Source of the DNA: an uncultured Alteromonadaceae bacterium
GTDB lineage: Bacteria; Pseudomonadota; Gammaproteobacteria; Enterobacterales; Alteromonadaceae
Direction: 5' to 3'
Assembly: GCA_947494925.1 (NCBI GenBank)
Contig: CANLWS010000008.1
Span: forward strand, 172,394-236,393
DNA length: 64,000 bases
Shown: piece after piece, positions 30,993 through 42,400 of the stretch
How the letters are laid out: each line of letters begins with the position of its first letter
How positions within the stretch are numbered: position 1 is the first letter of the stretch
Notes under the pieces: model-generated
The model's database searches: none
The model's input: only the letters and a program-made list of their open reading frames with translations
Told to the model about the DNA's origin: nothing
Translations under genes and position numbers: made by a program

Positions 30993-33008
30993 CTAACTGG
31001 CAGGAGAATCCTTCTTATTAAGAACTTTGCCTATTACATCAAGTACTTGAGGGTTATCTTTACTCTCTTGAAGGAATTTGGCAATCAGCGCAGTCATCGC
31101 GGTGTCCTTGGCATTGCCACTGGCACTACCAAAGCCGGCTACGAGTTCTTTGGCATCTTCAACGAAGCTGGCTTTACCATCTAAATGGTCCTTAAACGCG
31201 GTACTAAGGGCTTCACTTTTGCCAATCGTTCCATCAATAGATTTACCAACAGAAATAGATTTGATAAAGCTATCCAAATAGCCAGTATCTCCACCAACAA
31301 TATCGATATTGGCTTCTTTAAGCGCTTCGGACAACACTAAGGCCTGTTGTTTCGCAATTTCTACATTGGTACGAATGGATTCCATCTGCTCTTCGTGTTG
31401 TTTATCAAGGCGCATTCTGAATTCTTCGTGTGAACGTTGTTCCTCAGACATGGTAGCCATGGCTTCGAACTTCTTGGTCATGCCTTCTGCTTCTGCTGCA
31501 GCCATCTTGGCCGACACTTCTGCTTTCGCACTACCGGTCTTTTCTATGGCATCAGCTTTGGCCTCATCTACGCGCACTTCTGCCATGCCCTCTTGCTCTT
31601 TAGCAGCAGCCTGAGCTTCCATCACTTTAGCAGTAGCTAGGCCACTGGCTGCTTCCAATGCTTCTTTACCTTCCGCTTCTTTACGTCGCGACTGAGCCAG
31701 TTTTTCGGCTACTTCCAGATCAGCGGCTGCAATGATGGCTTTTTCTTTCGCAACGTATTCAGCTGACTTCTCCGCCGCTTCTGCCGCTTTAATGTCTTTA
31801 ACCAAAGCTTCTTCCGCTTCAGCTTCGGCCATAATTACCTTGGCGCGTTTGTTACGCTCGGCTTCTGACACGACGCGCACATCGTTTATTTCTTCTTCTT
31901 TCTCTGCTACGGTTTTATCCACTTCAACTCGACTACGTATTACATCAGCAATTTCGCGCTTCTCGTGTTCAATGAGCTTTTCATTGGCAATACGTTGTAA
32001 TGAAGCTTCCTTCTCTCGCTCAATCTGCTCCAATTCACGAGCTTTAGTAACACGTTCTTCTTCAATGGCAACTGCACGCAGGCGGTTGTTTTCAGCCACT
32101 TCCACTTCACGTTGTTTATTTTGTTCCTGAACTTGAATTTCCTGCTCAGCTTGCACACGCGCCTGGTCAGCCTTAAGGCGTTCTTCATGCTGAACTCGTT
32201 CCGTCTCGGCCATTTCACGAGCCTGCACAGTATCCACTTCGCGTTTTTGCTTCGCTTCTGCATCTGCCTGCTGACGTTCCAATTCAAGAATCGCTTCCCG
32301 TGTTTCCACGTCTTTGCGTTTTATCTTCATTTCTTCATCGCGTCTGAACACATTGGTCTGAATGTGTTGCTCTGCAGTTAACTCGGTGATCTTACGGATA
32401 CCTTGAGAATCAAGAATGTTATTCGGGTCGAGTTTTTCAAGTGGCGTCTGTTCCAGATAGTCGATAGCTACATCTTCCAGAATATAACCATTCAAATCGG
32501 TGCCTATGTTATCGATAATCATGTCACGGAAGTTATCACGCTTGGCATACAGGTCTTCGAATTCAAGGGATTTACCCACAGTTTTCAACGCTTCTGAAAA
32601 CTTGGCGCTGAATAGATCTTCCAGCGTTTCAATATTCGAGGCACGCTCACAACCAATGGCCTGTGCGACTTTCATGACATCTTCTCGGTTTTTATTCACA
32701 CGGACAAAGAAACCCACCTTAATATCAGCGCGTATGTTGTCTTTACAAATCAATCCATCTGAACCACTTCGGTCGACTTCAATGGTTTTCAGGGAGATAT
32801 CCATTATTTCCATTTTATTGAAGACAGGTATGACGACACCGCCGGTGAAGGTTACATTAGGCTCGTTACCCATTTTATTGATGATCATGGCTTTGCCCTG
32901 TTCGACTTTTTGATAAAGTCGGGCGAGCATGAGAATAACGCCCATCACCAGGACAAATGCCCCGACAGCAAGGGAAATCCAAAAAATTACATCACTTTCG
33001 TTGTTCAT
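30993..33008 (-). CDS. yqiK: Flotillin-family SPFH/band-7 protein (YqiK-like) with an extended EA-rich coiled-coil C-terminus
   Basis: An N-terminal TM anchor, an SPFH domain (…MIINKMGNEPNVTFTGGVVIPVFNKME…), a long charged coiled coil with flotillin-type EA repeats (AEAEAEEAL…), and 671 aa in total. It follows a yqiJ-like gene, as in E. coli yqiJK. Confidence 0.8.
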   Translation of the reverse strand: MNNESDVIFWISLAVGAFVLVMGVILMLARLYQKVEQGKAMIINKMGNEPNVTFTGGVVIPVFNKMEIMDISLKTIEVDRSGSDGLICKDNIRADIKVGFFVRVNKNREDVMKVAQAIGCERASNIETLEDLFSAKFSEALKTVGKSLEFEDLYAKRDNFRDMIIDNIGTDLNGYILEDVAIDYLEQTPLEKLDPNNILDSQGIRKITELTAEQHIQTNVFRRDEEMKIKRKDVETREAILELERQQADAEAKQKREVDTVQAREMAETERVQHEERLKADQARVQAEQEIQVQEQNKQREVEVAENNRLRAVAIEEERVTKARELEQIEREKEASLQRIANEKLIEHEKREIADVIRSRVEVDKTVAEKEEEINDVRVVSEAERNKRAKVIMAEAEAEEALVKDIKAAEAAEKSAEYVAKEKAIIAAADLEVAEKLAQSRRKEAEGKEALEAASGLATAKVMEAQAAAKEQEGMAEVRVDEAKADAIEKTGSAKAEVSAKMAAAEAEGMTKKFEAMATMSEEQRSHEEFRMRLDKQHEEQMESIRTNVEIAKQQALVLSEALKEANIDIVGGDTGYLDSFIKSISVGKSIDGTIGKSEALSTAFKDHLDGKASFVEDAKELVAGFGSASGNAKDTAMTALIAKFLQESKDNPQVLDVIGKVLNKKDSPAS

Positions 33009-33054
33009 GCGTTTACTCCATTAACTGCTTTTTAAAGGAAATTTGGGGGAAAAA

Positions 33055-33696
33055 TTATTCGGTTACAGATGACATAGACATGAGTTCGGTTTCTGTAACA
33101 ACCGAATACACATCTTCATCAGGTTTATATTCAATCAAGGCGATGCGGGTGCCTTTTTTAATCTCGTTCGGTGTTGCACAGCGCACACTCAATACCATGC
33201 CGTCATCTGTTGTGGCCTGGCCAAAACTTTCCGTTACTGTTTGGGTAGTCGAGGTGCAAATTGTGCCGATTAAGTCGTTCTTTGATACACCTTCATGGGT
33301 TTTGAAAAATTGCCTGAGAGGACGAATACTAACTGCCGCTATTGGCAAGGCAATTATCACAGCTACCAGCGCAACCAATGCACCTATTGCTGTCGCAGTG
33401 AGTATGCCATCAAATAAGGGCATAATGTATTTGCGAGCTAGATAGGTAAGGGCCAGCGCATAAATGTCAATCAGTGTGATTGCTACTGTCAGGGGAACGC
33501 CATCCAGCCCGAGCTTTTCAAGCCAGGATCCACCTGTGTCAGCGTCAGAATCTGCTTCAATGTCAGCATCGAAATCGAGGATCTCAAAGTCGGCCAGTCC
33601 AGCAAACACCATTACCCAATAAAGCATTAGAAATATAAAAGGGACTGAGAAGTACAAAGAGGGCGTACTAAACATCTGATTAAGAAAAGTTTCCAT
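33055..33696 (-). CDS. yqiJ: NfeD-like / YqiJ-family membrane protein (OB-fold C-terminus)
   Basis: 213 aa with multiple TM helices, then a soluble C-terminal domain (…LIGTICTSTTQTVTESFGQATTDDGMVLSVRCATP…) typical of NfeD short homologues. It is the first gene of the flotillin operon. Confidence 0.6.
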   Translation of the reverse strand: METFLNQMFSTPSLYFSVPFIFLMLYWVMVFAGLADFEILDFDADIEADSDADTGGSWLEKLGLDGVPLTVAITLIDIYALALTYLARKYIMPLFDGILTATAIGALVALVAVIIALPIAAVSIRPLRQFFKTHEGVSKNDLIGTICTSTTQTVTESFGQATTDDGMVLSVRCATPNEIKKGTRIALIEYKPDEDVYSVVTETELMSMSSVTE

Positions 33697-34010
33697 TTAT
33701 TACTGCTCCATTTTTAACTGGGCATACTGCAAAACTAGCCTGCCAAGTGCAGGTCAAAATACTAATATGTGGCTAATTTGTCAATTCACTGGCAATTGTG
33801 TTGAGGAGATATATTGCGCCGCGAGCCTCCTCCAGACAAGGCTCAATTAGCGGTTCCATAGACCTATATCTTTGATAAAAAGAAGGTTTTCTTGGTATAG
33901 GACAGGTGTGATTTCGCAGATAGTAAAAATCATCTCACGACAAAAAAATGCGCTTGCAAAAACCGGGAAATGTTATATTATAACGTCCGTTTTCAGCAGG
34001 TGGTTTAAAC

Positions 34011-34412
34011 ATGGCATTAAGCAGCAAAAAATCGATTAAAGACAGATTAGGAATATGGGCGTCAAGTCTATGCGCCTTGCATTGTCTTTTGCTGCCTATA
34101 CTGATCCCTGTGCTGCCTTTTGTAAGCGCCAGCTTTTTCGCACAGGACTGGTTTGAGAAAACCATTTTGTCTTTATCAATGATTATTGGATTCTGGGCGT
34201 TGTTATCGGGTTTCTATCGATATCACAGACAGTTGTATCCCCTGTACAGTTTGTTGTTGGGTGGTTTGATATATTGGAATAAAGATATGTTTGGTGAAGC
34301 TTACGAACCTTTCACTATCGCAGTGGGTGCAATGCTTATCGTTGCTGCACATATTACTAACATTAATTTGTGCAAAAACTGTAGCGATTGCCAGAGTTGC
34401 GAAACTAACTAA
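34011..34412 (+). CDS. MerC-family-like small membrane protein with a Cys-rich C-terminus
   Basis: Four predicted TM segments, LCALHC in TM1, and C-terminal CKNCSDCQSC. A candidate TTGCAA…TATATTATA promoter lies upstream. Confidence 0.4.
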   Translation: MALSSKKSIKDRLGIWASSLCALHCLLLPILIPVLPFVSASFFAQDWFEKTILSLSMIIGFWALLSGFYRYHRQLYPLYSLLLGGLIYWNKDMFGEAYEPFTIAVGAMLIVAAHITNINLCKNCSDCQSCETN

Positions 34413-34416
34413 AGTA

Positions 34417-35115
34417 TCAGGTACATTCCGCGAGTACTTTGCGCGCAGCTTCTGGATCATTGGCAAAAATTCCGTCTATCCCCCAATCATAAAGCCTTTT
34501 GATATCGTCCTTTTGATCAACAGTGTAACTATATATTTTCAGGCCACGTTGTTTGGCATCCTGCACAAATTTTTGGTCAAGGAAGCCGACATCTGCATTA
34601 ACCGATTCAGCACCCAAATCGGCAGCAAATCTTGCGTAATTTAGCGGAATACTCGCTGTGAGTGCTCCTATTCTGGCGTTCGGTGACAGGGATTTCAAAA
34701 GTGCTAGCGCCGGGTGGTTAAAGGATGAGTAGACTATTTGGCGTTGCTCGAACCCAAAGCGTTGAGCGCAGAGGTTAGTATAGTGGAGGAGTTTCTCAAT
34801 GTGCTGAACACCCTTGATTTCTATGTTCAACAGACACTGGCCAGCAATTAACTTCATGGCTTCACTAAGGGTCGGGACTGCTTGCCCCTGACCTGCGTCT
34901 AGCTGTTTTATTTCGTCCAGACTAAGCTGGCTTAAGTGACCTTGACCGCTTGTTGTTCTATGCAGCCACTGGTCATGAATAACTACAAATTCCTCACCGT
35001 GCTGATGAATATCCAGTTCAATGCCATTGGCTTTTTGTGTTAGCGCTTTTTCGATGGCTAGTAAGGTGTTTTCCGGAGCATGGGCGCTGGCGCCGCGATG
35101 AGCATAAATAAACAT
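34417..35115 (-). CDS. Glycerophosphodiester phosphodiesterase
   Basis: 232 aa with the GDPD signature FIYAHRGASAHAPENTLLA…GIELDIHQ…HD. Confidence 0.85.
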   Translation of the reverse strand: MFIYAHRGASAHAPENTLLAIEKALTQKANGIELDIHQHGEEFVVIHDQWLHRTTSGQGHLSQLSLDEIKQLDAGQGQAVPTLSEAMKLIAGQCLLNIEIKGVQHIEKLLHYTNLCAQRFGFEQRQIVYSSFNHPALALLKSLSPNARIGALTASIPLNYARFAADLGAESVNADVGFLDQKFVQDAKQRGLKIYSYTVDQKDDIKRLYDWGIDGIFANDPEAARKVLAECT

Positions 35116-35139
35116 ATTTCCGTCTGAAGGGGTGACCCC

Positions 35140-36006
35140 CTATTTACCATGTAGTTTCTGGGCGTTGATAGTTTCGTAGATAGCGGCCGAAATTACCAGC
35201 ATGCCACCAACCAAGGTTTTCCAGTTTGGTGTTTCATCAAGAATCAGTATGGCAAGAATAACGCCATAAAATGGCTGCATGCAGGCCACAAGAGCAAAGG
35301 TCTTAACCCGCAAGTGTTTTAAGCTAGTAGCAATTAAGGCGTGTGGAATAGCAGTCAGGAAAATCCCAAGTACTATCAGCGATAAGTAGGTATCAGTACT
35401 GGCGCTTAACAGATCGCCTGATATAAAAAACAGCAAACAGATGAATATTACCAGGGTCTGGTAAGCCATCGCATGAGCACCACTGTAGTGTGAGAAATAT
35501 TTGCGATGATAAAGGTTTCTCAAGGCATAAAGCAGGGCGGAAACAACCCCTATCACAATCCCGAGAGTGATGTCATTTTCCAGCGATACCTCTGGCACGA
35601 TGAGATAAATTCCAAACAAAACAACAAGAGCACTGACAATGTCTTGCCAGACAAGACGAATTCGTTCGAAAAAAGGTTCCAGCAACACAGCAATCACAGG
35701 GAAAGTAAATAAGGCAATCATCCCTACTGACACCGAAGAGTACTGCATCGCGGCAAAGTAGCTGACCCAGTGCGCAGCCATCAAGACACCTAGCCCAAGA
35801 GCAATCAGATAATCCTTGCGGCACTCTAGTCTGAGTTTTTGTCCCGACAGTTTAACAATTAAAACCAGCACCACACAGGCAACGATAGAGCGCCCAAAGG
35901 TGATGTCAGTCGCTGATAATGGAATGATTTTTGAAAAAAGCGCTGTTGCACCCAATAATGCAACTGTCAGGTGCAAGGACCATAAACTTTTCTTAACCTG
36001 ATCCAC
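35140..36006 (-). CDS. EamA/DMT-superfamily transporter
   Basis: 288 aa with about ten TM helices and a two-fold EamA repeat pattern. Confidence 0.7.
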   Translation of the reverse strand: MDQVKKSLWSLHLTVALLGATALFSKIIPLSATDITFGRSIVACVVLVLIVKLSGQKLRLECRKDYLIALGLGVLMAAHWVSYFAAMQYSSVSVGMIALFTFPVIAVLLEPFFERIRLVWQDIVSALVVLFGIYLIVPEVSLENDITLGIVIGVVSALLYALRNLYHRKYFSHYSGAHAMAYQTLVIFICLLFFISGDLLSASTDTYLSLIVLGIFLTAIPHALIATSLKHLRVKTFALVACMQPFYGVILAILILDETPNWKTLVGGMLVISAAIYETINAQKLHGK

Positions 36007-36010
36007 GAAA

Positions 36011-36871
36011 TCAGTCTTTTAGCGTGGCAAACAAATCACCGAGTCGAGTGATATCTCCAGGTTGTTGATCTGCAAATTCAATCATGCCGGGCTCAAAACA
36101 TGCAACAATAGTCGATCCCAATTTAAACAGACCCATCTCATCACCTTTTGTTAGTGCTACCGAATTCTCGCAGCCTTCTGGGTAAGTCCAATGTTGAACA
36201 TTTTTCCCAGCGGGAGGGGTGATATTGCCTGCCCATTTTGTTTCAATGCTGGCGACGATAGTCGCGCCCACTAACACCAAGGCCATTTTTCCTTTAGGCG
36301 TATCAAAAATGCTGACGACCCGCTCATTTCTGGCAAACAGGCCAGGAACATTTTCAGTGGTCAAAGGATTAACCGAAAAAAGCTCGCCGGGCACATGTAG
36401 CATGTCAGTCAACTTTCCATCCATTGGCATGTGGATACGGTGATAATCTTTGGGTGACAAGTAGATAGTGGCAAACTTCCCACCTTTAAAAGGTGCTGCC
36501 AATTCAGGTTTTCCGCCAAGTAAAGTTGTCAGACTATAGTCGTGGCCTTTTGCCTGAAACACACGATCATGTTCTATATCTCCCAGTTGGCTGACGGTGC
36601 CATCCACCGGGTAAGCCAGATTCTCGTCGCCCTCTATGATAGTTCTAACCCCAGGTTTCAGTTCACGGGTAAAGAACTCGTTAAACGACCGATAGTCTTC
36701 AGGATCTGATTTGATGGCTTCTGACATATCAATGCCAAATTGTTTGATGAATACTTTGATTAACCCCGTAGTCAAGGCGCCGGCTTCAGCCGCTGCTAGG
36801 CCTCCCACAAGACGGGATAATGCGTGCTTTGGCATAACATATTGAAGTTTCACTTTTAACCAGTTAATCAA
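36011..36871 (-). CDS. psd: Phosphatidylserine decarboxylase proenzyme
   Basis: Collinear with E. coli Psd from the N-terminus ([15 protein letters not shown]…), including the LGST self-cleavage site (FKLGSTIV). Confidence 0.92.
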   Translation of the reverse strand: MINWLKVKLQYVMPKHALSRLVGGLAAAEAGALTTGLIKVFIKQFGIDMSEAIKSDPEDYRSFNEFFTRELKPGVRTIIEGDENLAYPVDGTVSQLGDIEHDRVFQAKGHDYSLTTLLGGKPELAAPFKGGKFATIYLSPKDYHRIHMPMDGKLTDMLHVPGELFSVNPLTTENVPGLFARNERVVSIFDTPKGKMALVLVGATIVASIETKWAGNITPPAGKNVQHWTYPEGCENSVALTKGDEMGLFKLGSTIVACFEPGMIEFADQQPGDITRLGDLFATLKD

Positions 36872-36994
36872 TGTCTTGGACTCCTATCTCAATTCAGCGC
36901 GGATTGTACAACATTAACTGAGTTTCTGTGATACTCAGTGCGTCTATGTAATGCATTTTTATCCAATGATGTAGTCAATTCAGTGAAGGGAAAT

Positions 36995-38023
36995 TTACAC
37001 CTTGGTATGGCTGGGGCGTTGTTCATCCATGCCGTCCAGGATCCTGTGGTAACTGTCAAAACGCGATTGGTTGATTTTTCCCTGTTCAACTGCCTGGCGC
37101 AATAAACACCCGGGATCTGAACCGTGTTTGCAATCTCTGAATTTGCATCCACCCAAGTAGTCTCTGAATTCAACAAACCCTGAAGTAACACGCTCTACTG
37201 GTAAATGCCACAGGGCAAATTCACGTACACCAGGAGAATCAATCAGGTCACCACCTTGTGGGAAGTGCAATAATTTGGCCGCAGTAGTGGTGTGAGTTCC
37301 AAGCCCGGAATTATCTGAAATATCACCAATGGTTTCATCGGCGTCAGGGAGTAATCGATTGACCAGACTTGATTTCCCTACACCTGACTGACCTACAAAG
37401 ACACTGGTTTTGCCTTTCAAAATCGCGTTAAACTGTTCCAGCCCTTCATCTGTTTTACAACTTGTCAGCAGAACCTGGTAACCAATATCTGTGTATACCT
37501 TCAGTTGTTGTTCCACTTCTTCTCGCTGGGCATCAGTAAGCAACTCAACTTTATTAAGCAGCACCACTGGTTCAATTTGCACGTCTTCAGCAGCGACAAG
37601 GTAGCGGTCAATAATATTGAGCGATAAGGCCGGCAATACTGAGCTGACCACAATGATTTGATCTATATTGGCCGCAACCGGTTTAACACCATCATAAAAA
37701 TCCGGACGGGTGAGTACCGATTGTCTGTCTTCAACTAATTCGATAACGCCATTGACGTTGACGCTGGGATCAACTCCAGGGCGAAAAATTACCTTGTCGC
37801 CACATACCACGCTTTCGATTGTGCGGCGTATATGACAACGTATAGTTGTTCCATCATCGCCTTCTACATCTGCGTGTTTGCCGAATCGACCAATCACAGT
37901 GCCTTTTTGCTGTTCACCCAGTTGTTCGTCCACGGGGCCAGTTTTCTGGCTTTTAAGACGCTTGTTCCGGTTAACAGAGACTTGTCTTTTTTGTCGATGA
38001 GTTAGTTTAGGTTTCTTTGCCAC
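36995..38023 (-). CDS. rsgA: Ribosome small-subunit-dependent GTPase A
   Basis: A basic N-terminus, an OB domain, a circularly permuted GTPase ([11 protein letters not shown]4 before G1), and a C-terminal Zn finger CKFRDCKH. The psd-rsgA / orn arrangement matches E. coli. Confidence 0.92.
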   Translation of the reverse strand: MAKKPKLTHRQKRQVSVNRNKRLKSQKTGPVDEQLGEQQKGTVIGRFGKHADVEGDDGTTIRCHIRRTIESVVCGDKVIFRPGVDPSVNVNGVIELVEDRQSVLTRPDFYDGVKPVAANIDQIIVVSSVLPALSLNIIDRYLVAAEDVQIEPVVLLNKVELLTDAQREEVEQQLKVYTDIGYQVLLTSCKTDEGLEQFNAILKGKTSVFVGQSGVGKSSLVNRLLPDADETIGDISDNSGLGTHTTTAAKLLHFPQGGDLIDSPGVREFALWHLPVERVTSGFVEFRDYLGGCKFRDCKHGSDPGCLLRQAVEQGKINQSRFDSYHRILDGMDEQRPSHTKV

Positions 38024-38123
38024 GGTTGCCTTTTAGTTAATTTGGCCTGACTCCTTTTACATGGTAACGTCAGCGCATTCGGAATGGTACTACTTCGTTA
38101 ACCACTAACCTGGGTAGATATTT

Positions 38124-38669
38124 ATGACAGTCAAAGACGACAACTTGGTTTGGATTGATATGGAGATGACCGGGCTTGATCCTGAAGTGGATCTTGTACT
38201 GGAGATTGCCACTATAGTGACAGACGCACAGCTCAATATCTTAGCTGAAGGGCCTGTACTGGCTATTCATCAACCAGATTCGGTATTGAACAATATGGAC
38301 CCCTGGTGCATTGATACGCATGGGAAATCAGGGTTGACGGAGCGCTGCAGGCAAAGTGACGTTGACCTTGATAGTGCAACTCGACAGACAATTGCCTTCC
38401 TGCAAAATTACGTACCGGCTAAAAAGTCACCACTGTGTGGTAACACAATCGGCCAGGACAGACGTTTTATGGTGAAGTACATGCCGGAACTGGAAGAGTA
38501 CTTCCACTATAGAAGTATAGATGTCAGCACGATTAAGGAACTTGTGCAGCGTTGGCAACCGGAAATATTAGGTGGTTTCAAGAAAAAAGGAGCGCATCTG
38601 GCCCTTGATGACATCAGGGAATCTATTGCTGAACTGGTTTATTATCGCCAGCACGTTTTCAGTATTTAG
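38124..38669 (+). CDS. orn: Oligoribonuclease
   Basis: 181 aa with DEDDh exonuclease motifs ([14 protein letters not shown], …H…D). Confidence 0.93.
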   Translation: MTVKDDNLVWIDMEMTGLDPEVDLVLEIATIVTDAQLNILAEGPVLAIHQPDSVLNNMDPWCIDTHGKSGLTERCRQSDVDLDSATRQTIAFLQNYVPAKKSPLCGNTIGQDRRFMVKYMPELEEYFHYRSIDVSTIKELVQRWQPEILGGFKKKGAHLALDDIRESIAELVYYRQHVFSI

Positions 38670-38723
38670 CTGTCAAAAACAGCAAATAAACGAAGGCAAT
38701 TTAAAAAATAGTGCAAATAACGC

Positions 38724-38751
38724 TTGCGTCATGGCGGTATTTTTGTAAAAT
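38724..38751 (+). promoter_or_regulatory. Candidate sigma70 promoter for the tRNA-Gly genes, with a GC-rich discriminator
   Basis: TTGCGT-(16 nt)-TAAAAT is followed by GCGCACCCGC, about 50 nt upstream of the first tRNA. This is the stringent-control-type architecture typical of stable-RNA promoters. Confidence 0.4.
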
Positions 38752-38802
38752 GCGCACCCGCTTCAGGATGAAGCGCACCAAATGAATCTGGATTGATGGT
38801 AT

Positions 38803-38878
<76 letters not shown>

Positions 38879-38899
38879 ATTATCAAGCCAGCATCAAAT

Positions 38900-38975
<76 letters not shown>

Positions 38976-39418
38976 AACTTCTTTATAATCAATGTCTTTG
39001 TAATTTCAATGCGCCATTATAGTGCGTACTTTGCACCATTTTGAACGACTCCCAATCATTAATCACTCATTAAGGTCCACTTTGATGAGCAGAATTGACT
39101 ATTTTGCAAAAAAAGTATGAAAAAGTTTTGTGTGAATAAATATTCATCCTAACAATTGCCTGTATTTGTGATGTATTGCTTAAATCAGTCCGCGTAAGTG
39201 GCTTTTTCTTCTGTAAAAGGCAGTTATTCGCACACAAATAGTGCGAGTTATCATTCTGAGTACCTTGGCAATTGGGCCATCCTGCATAAATTCCGCATAT
39301 TCATGCAAGCATTTACTCTTTTCGTCCCTCGAATTGCACTTCAGGTGCTTGATTTAGGCATAAAATGTGCTGATTATCCCTATGGGCGTTAGTTTCGTCC
39401 CACATCAGGAGAAAACAC

Positions 39419-42400
39419 ATGAAAACCAACAACAATAGATTGTTAAGACTCACCGCGCTGGCAACGGCGGTATCTTCAACATTCATTTCAGGGAATATAC
39501 TAGCGCAGGAAGCTGCTCAAGATGCTGAAGCACAAGACGTCGAACGCGTCGTTATAACAGGTTCACGCATTGCTCGCGACGCGAATCTGGCGTCAGGATC
39601 ACCCATTCAGTCCGTTAGTGCTGAAGATATTCAATCATCAGGCGAATTTAGTGTAGTTGACGTAATCAACGATGTACCAGCGCTTTTCTCCTCTACCACA
39701 ACAGGTGAATCAAACTCAAACAATGGAGGTGGATTTGCCGATGGTGCCAATATTCTGAATTTACGAGGTCTGGGCGCAAACCGGACTTTAGTGCTTGTTA
39801 ATGGCAAACGCCATGTAGGTGGTGCCCAGGGATCATCAGCAGTTGATGTGGGGTCAATACCAGTCAAATTAATCCAGGACGTGGAAGTTCTCACTGGTGG
39901 TGCCTCAGCTGTTTATGGTGCAGATGCAGTTACTGGTGTGGTTAACTTTATCCTTAAAGAAGATTACGAAGGATTTGAATTCGATGCACGAGTAGGCTCA
40001 TCCACTGAGGGCGATGCAACTCAATATACCTTGAGTTCGACCTTTGGAAAGAACTTTGATAATGACAGAGGTAATGTCGCTATCAGCGTAGAATATGCCA
40101 ATGATGAAGGGTTGCGTGCGAATCAGCGCGATGGCGGAGCTTTGATTGGATCCGGACGTGACTGGGTTAACCCGGCAAAACGGTTCCAGCAAGGTGATAT
40201 TGATTCGTCTATGCCTAACTTTGCGCAGTTCTTTAATGCGGCTAATGACAGAAGTGCATTTGGTCTGGCGGTTCCAGGTAGTGCCGATGCCTTTGCTGAA
40301 GCTTTTGCTGCTTCGTTTGGAAGTGCACCTAATTTGACCCAGGCTGAGCTTGATTTTATTGCAAACGCGGCTGCAGCACCCCAACGCGCTGTATTGCCAG
40401 GTCGTACCTTCCCATTTACCTCAGGTTATGGATTGATCGCACCCGGTAATGCCTTTACTTTTTCAGGATTTGATGCAGCAACACCAATTGATTTGAATAA
40501 TAACGGTACTCCGGATTGCTACGATTCCTGGACTGGTTATAACTCCTCATTTGGTGCTGAGGCATTCGGTGCCCTAGGTGGTTGCTGGAATGTGACGGCT
40601 GATGGTCAATATCGTCCTGTTCAAGATGGTCTGGTTGCTAATGGCTTTCAGGGTTTTGGTGGGGATTCGTTCAATACTATTCAGCAGGATGATGGCTACA
40701 TTCTAATCCCTGAAGAAAAAATCACAGTAAACCTGATCAGTAGTTATGAACTTGACGATGACACATCGATTTTCGGCGAATTGAAATACGCAACGCAAAA
40801 AGTGGAAAACCGTGCTCAACCCACCTCTTTCTGGGATTTATTGCTAGGTGCACCTGATAACCCCTTCTTGCCTGAATTTATTCGTCCTATTGCCCAGGAA
40901 ACTGGCGGGGTTAGTATAACAATAGACCCTATTGGAATAGGATCTGGAACAAACGAAAATACCCGTACCACAATCAGAGCGGTAGCTGGTATCGAAGGTT
41001 ATTTAGACAATGGTTGGAACTATGAAGTCAGTGCGGTGTACGGAAAATTCAAACGTGAAACCGTGCAAAGAAACTCAATTATCAATGACCGTTTCTTTGC
41101 TGCTATTGATGCGGTAACTGATCCGACAACGGGTGAAGCTACATGCCGCTCCAATGTAGATGCTAATGCACCTGCACAGACAACGCCGTTTAATATTCCG
41201 GCCTATGATCCAGGTTATTTTTCCTTCACCCCAGGTGACGGACAGTGTGTGCCACTTAATATTTGGGCTGGTACTACCGGAATTACACAAGAGGCAGTTG
41301 ACTGGGTGACAGTGGATTCCACTACAGACCTGACGCTCGAACAAACCGTTCTGTCAGCAACCATGGCTGGTGACTCCACTGATTACTTCGAATTACCGGC
41401 TGGTCCTGTTGCCTTTGCCTTTGGTGGTGAATACCGCAAAGAAGAGTCAGAAGCAGAGTTTGACCCATGGCAACGAGGCGTGATCCCGGCAGGAGCTCCT
41501 TTTGCAGAGGGAACCAGCCTAGGTGACGTCTCGGGCAATAATAACCTGACATTCCGACCGGCATTAATTGTTGCAAATGAAACGGGTGATTATGACGTTA
41601 CTGAAGTCTTCGGTGAGGTCTCTATTCCTTTGTTGGTTGACACGCCTGCTTTCTATGAGCTGACCCTTGATTTGGCGGCACGTTACTCTGACTACTCAAC
41701 AATTGGCGAAACCACTACCTGGTTGGCCAAATTGACCTGGTCGCCGTTCGAGGATTTACGCATCCGAGCAAACTTCTCTGAAGCAGTGCGTGCACCAAAT
41801 ATAACGGAATTATTTGGTCCCCAGACAGGTACAACTTTCCGTCCGAACGACCCTTGTGACGCGGCTCAGTTGACTGCTCTGCGAGATGCAGGTCAGACTG
41901 AATTGGCTAACAATACTCAGGCTAACTGTATTGCCGCGTTTAATGCTATTGGTTACACCGGATTCGATGCAGACGGTGACGGTGTTTATGACTTTGCCGA
42001 TCCTTTGACTGCTGCATTTGGTGGCGTCACTGGTGGTAACCCCAATTTGCAGGAAGAAACTGCAGAGACAACAACTATCGGTTTTGTCTATCAACCTGGG
42101 TTTTTGGATGGCTTCAGCCTAAGCCTGGATTACTGGGATATCCAATTGGAAGATGCTATCAACGCTGTTAGCGGACAAAATATTGCTGATGGTTGTTATC
42201 AAGGCTCCGGATTAAATGATCAGTTTTGTTCATTGCTTCAACGTAGCAGCGATACGGGCGGATTTATCTTCATGAACTCCACATCCATTAACTTTGCCAA
42301 ACGTGAAACCAGTGGGTATGACTTCTCAATTGGCTATGTATTCAGCATTGAAGAGCATGAATTTGATTTCGGCATTACAGGTACCAAAGTGGATGAGTTG

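Noticed and set aside
31078-32913. A series of + strand ORFs (67-137 aa) with Ser/Ala-rich translations
   Set aside because: All lie antisense to the flotillin gene's EA/K-rich coiled-coil region; reverse-complementing GAA/GCN repeats yields the Ser/Ala-rich runs. They are not independent genes.
39198-39392. 64-aa ORF just upstream of the TonB-dependent receptor
   Set aside because: It lies in the promoter/leader region of the TBDR gene, has no RBS, and has an unremarkable translation. It is more likely non-coding regulatory sequence.
39631-42094. Several antisense ORFs (84-128 aa) within the TonB-dependent receptor gene
   Set aside because: They are embedded antisense in a gene with a clear plug/barrel signature and have no independent support.
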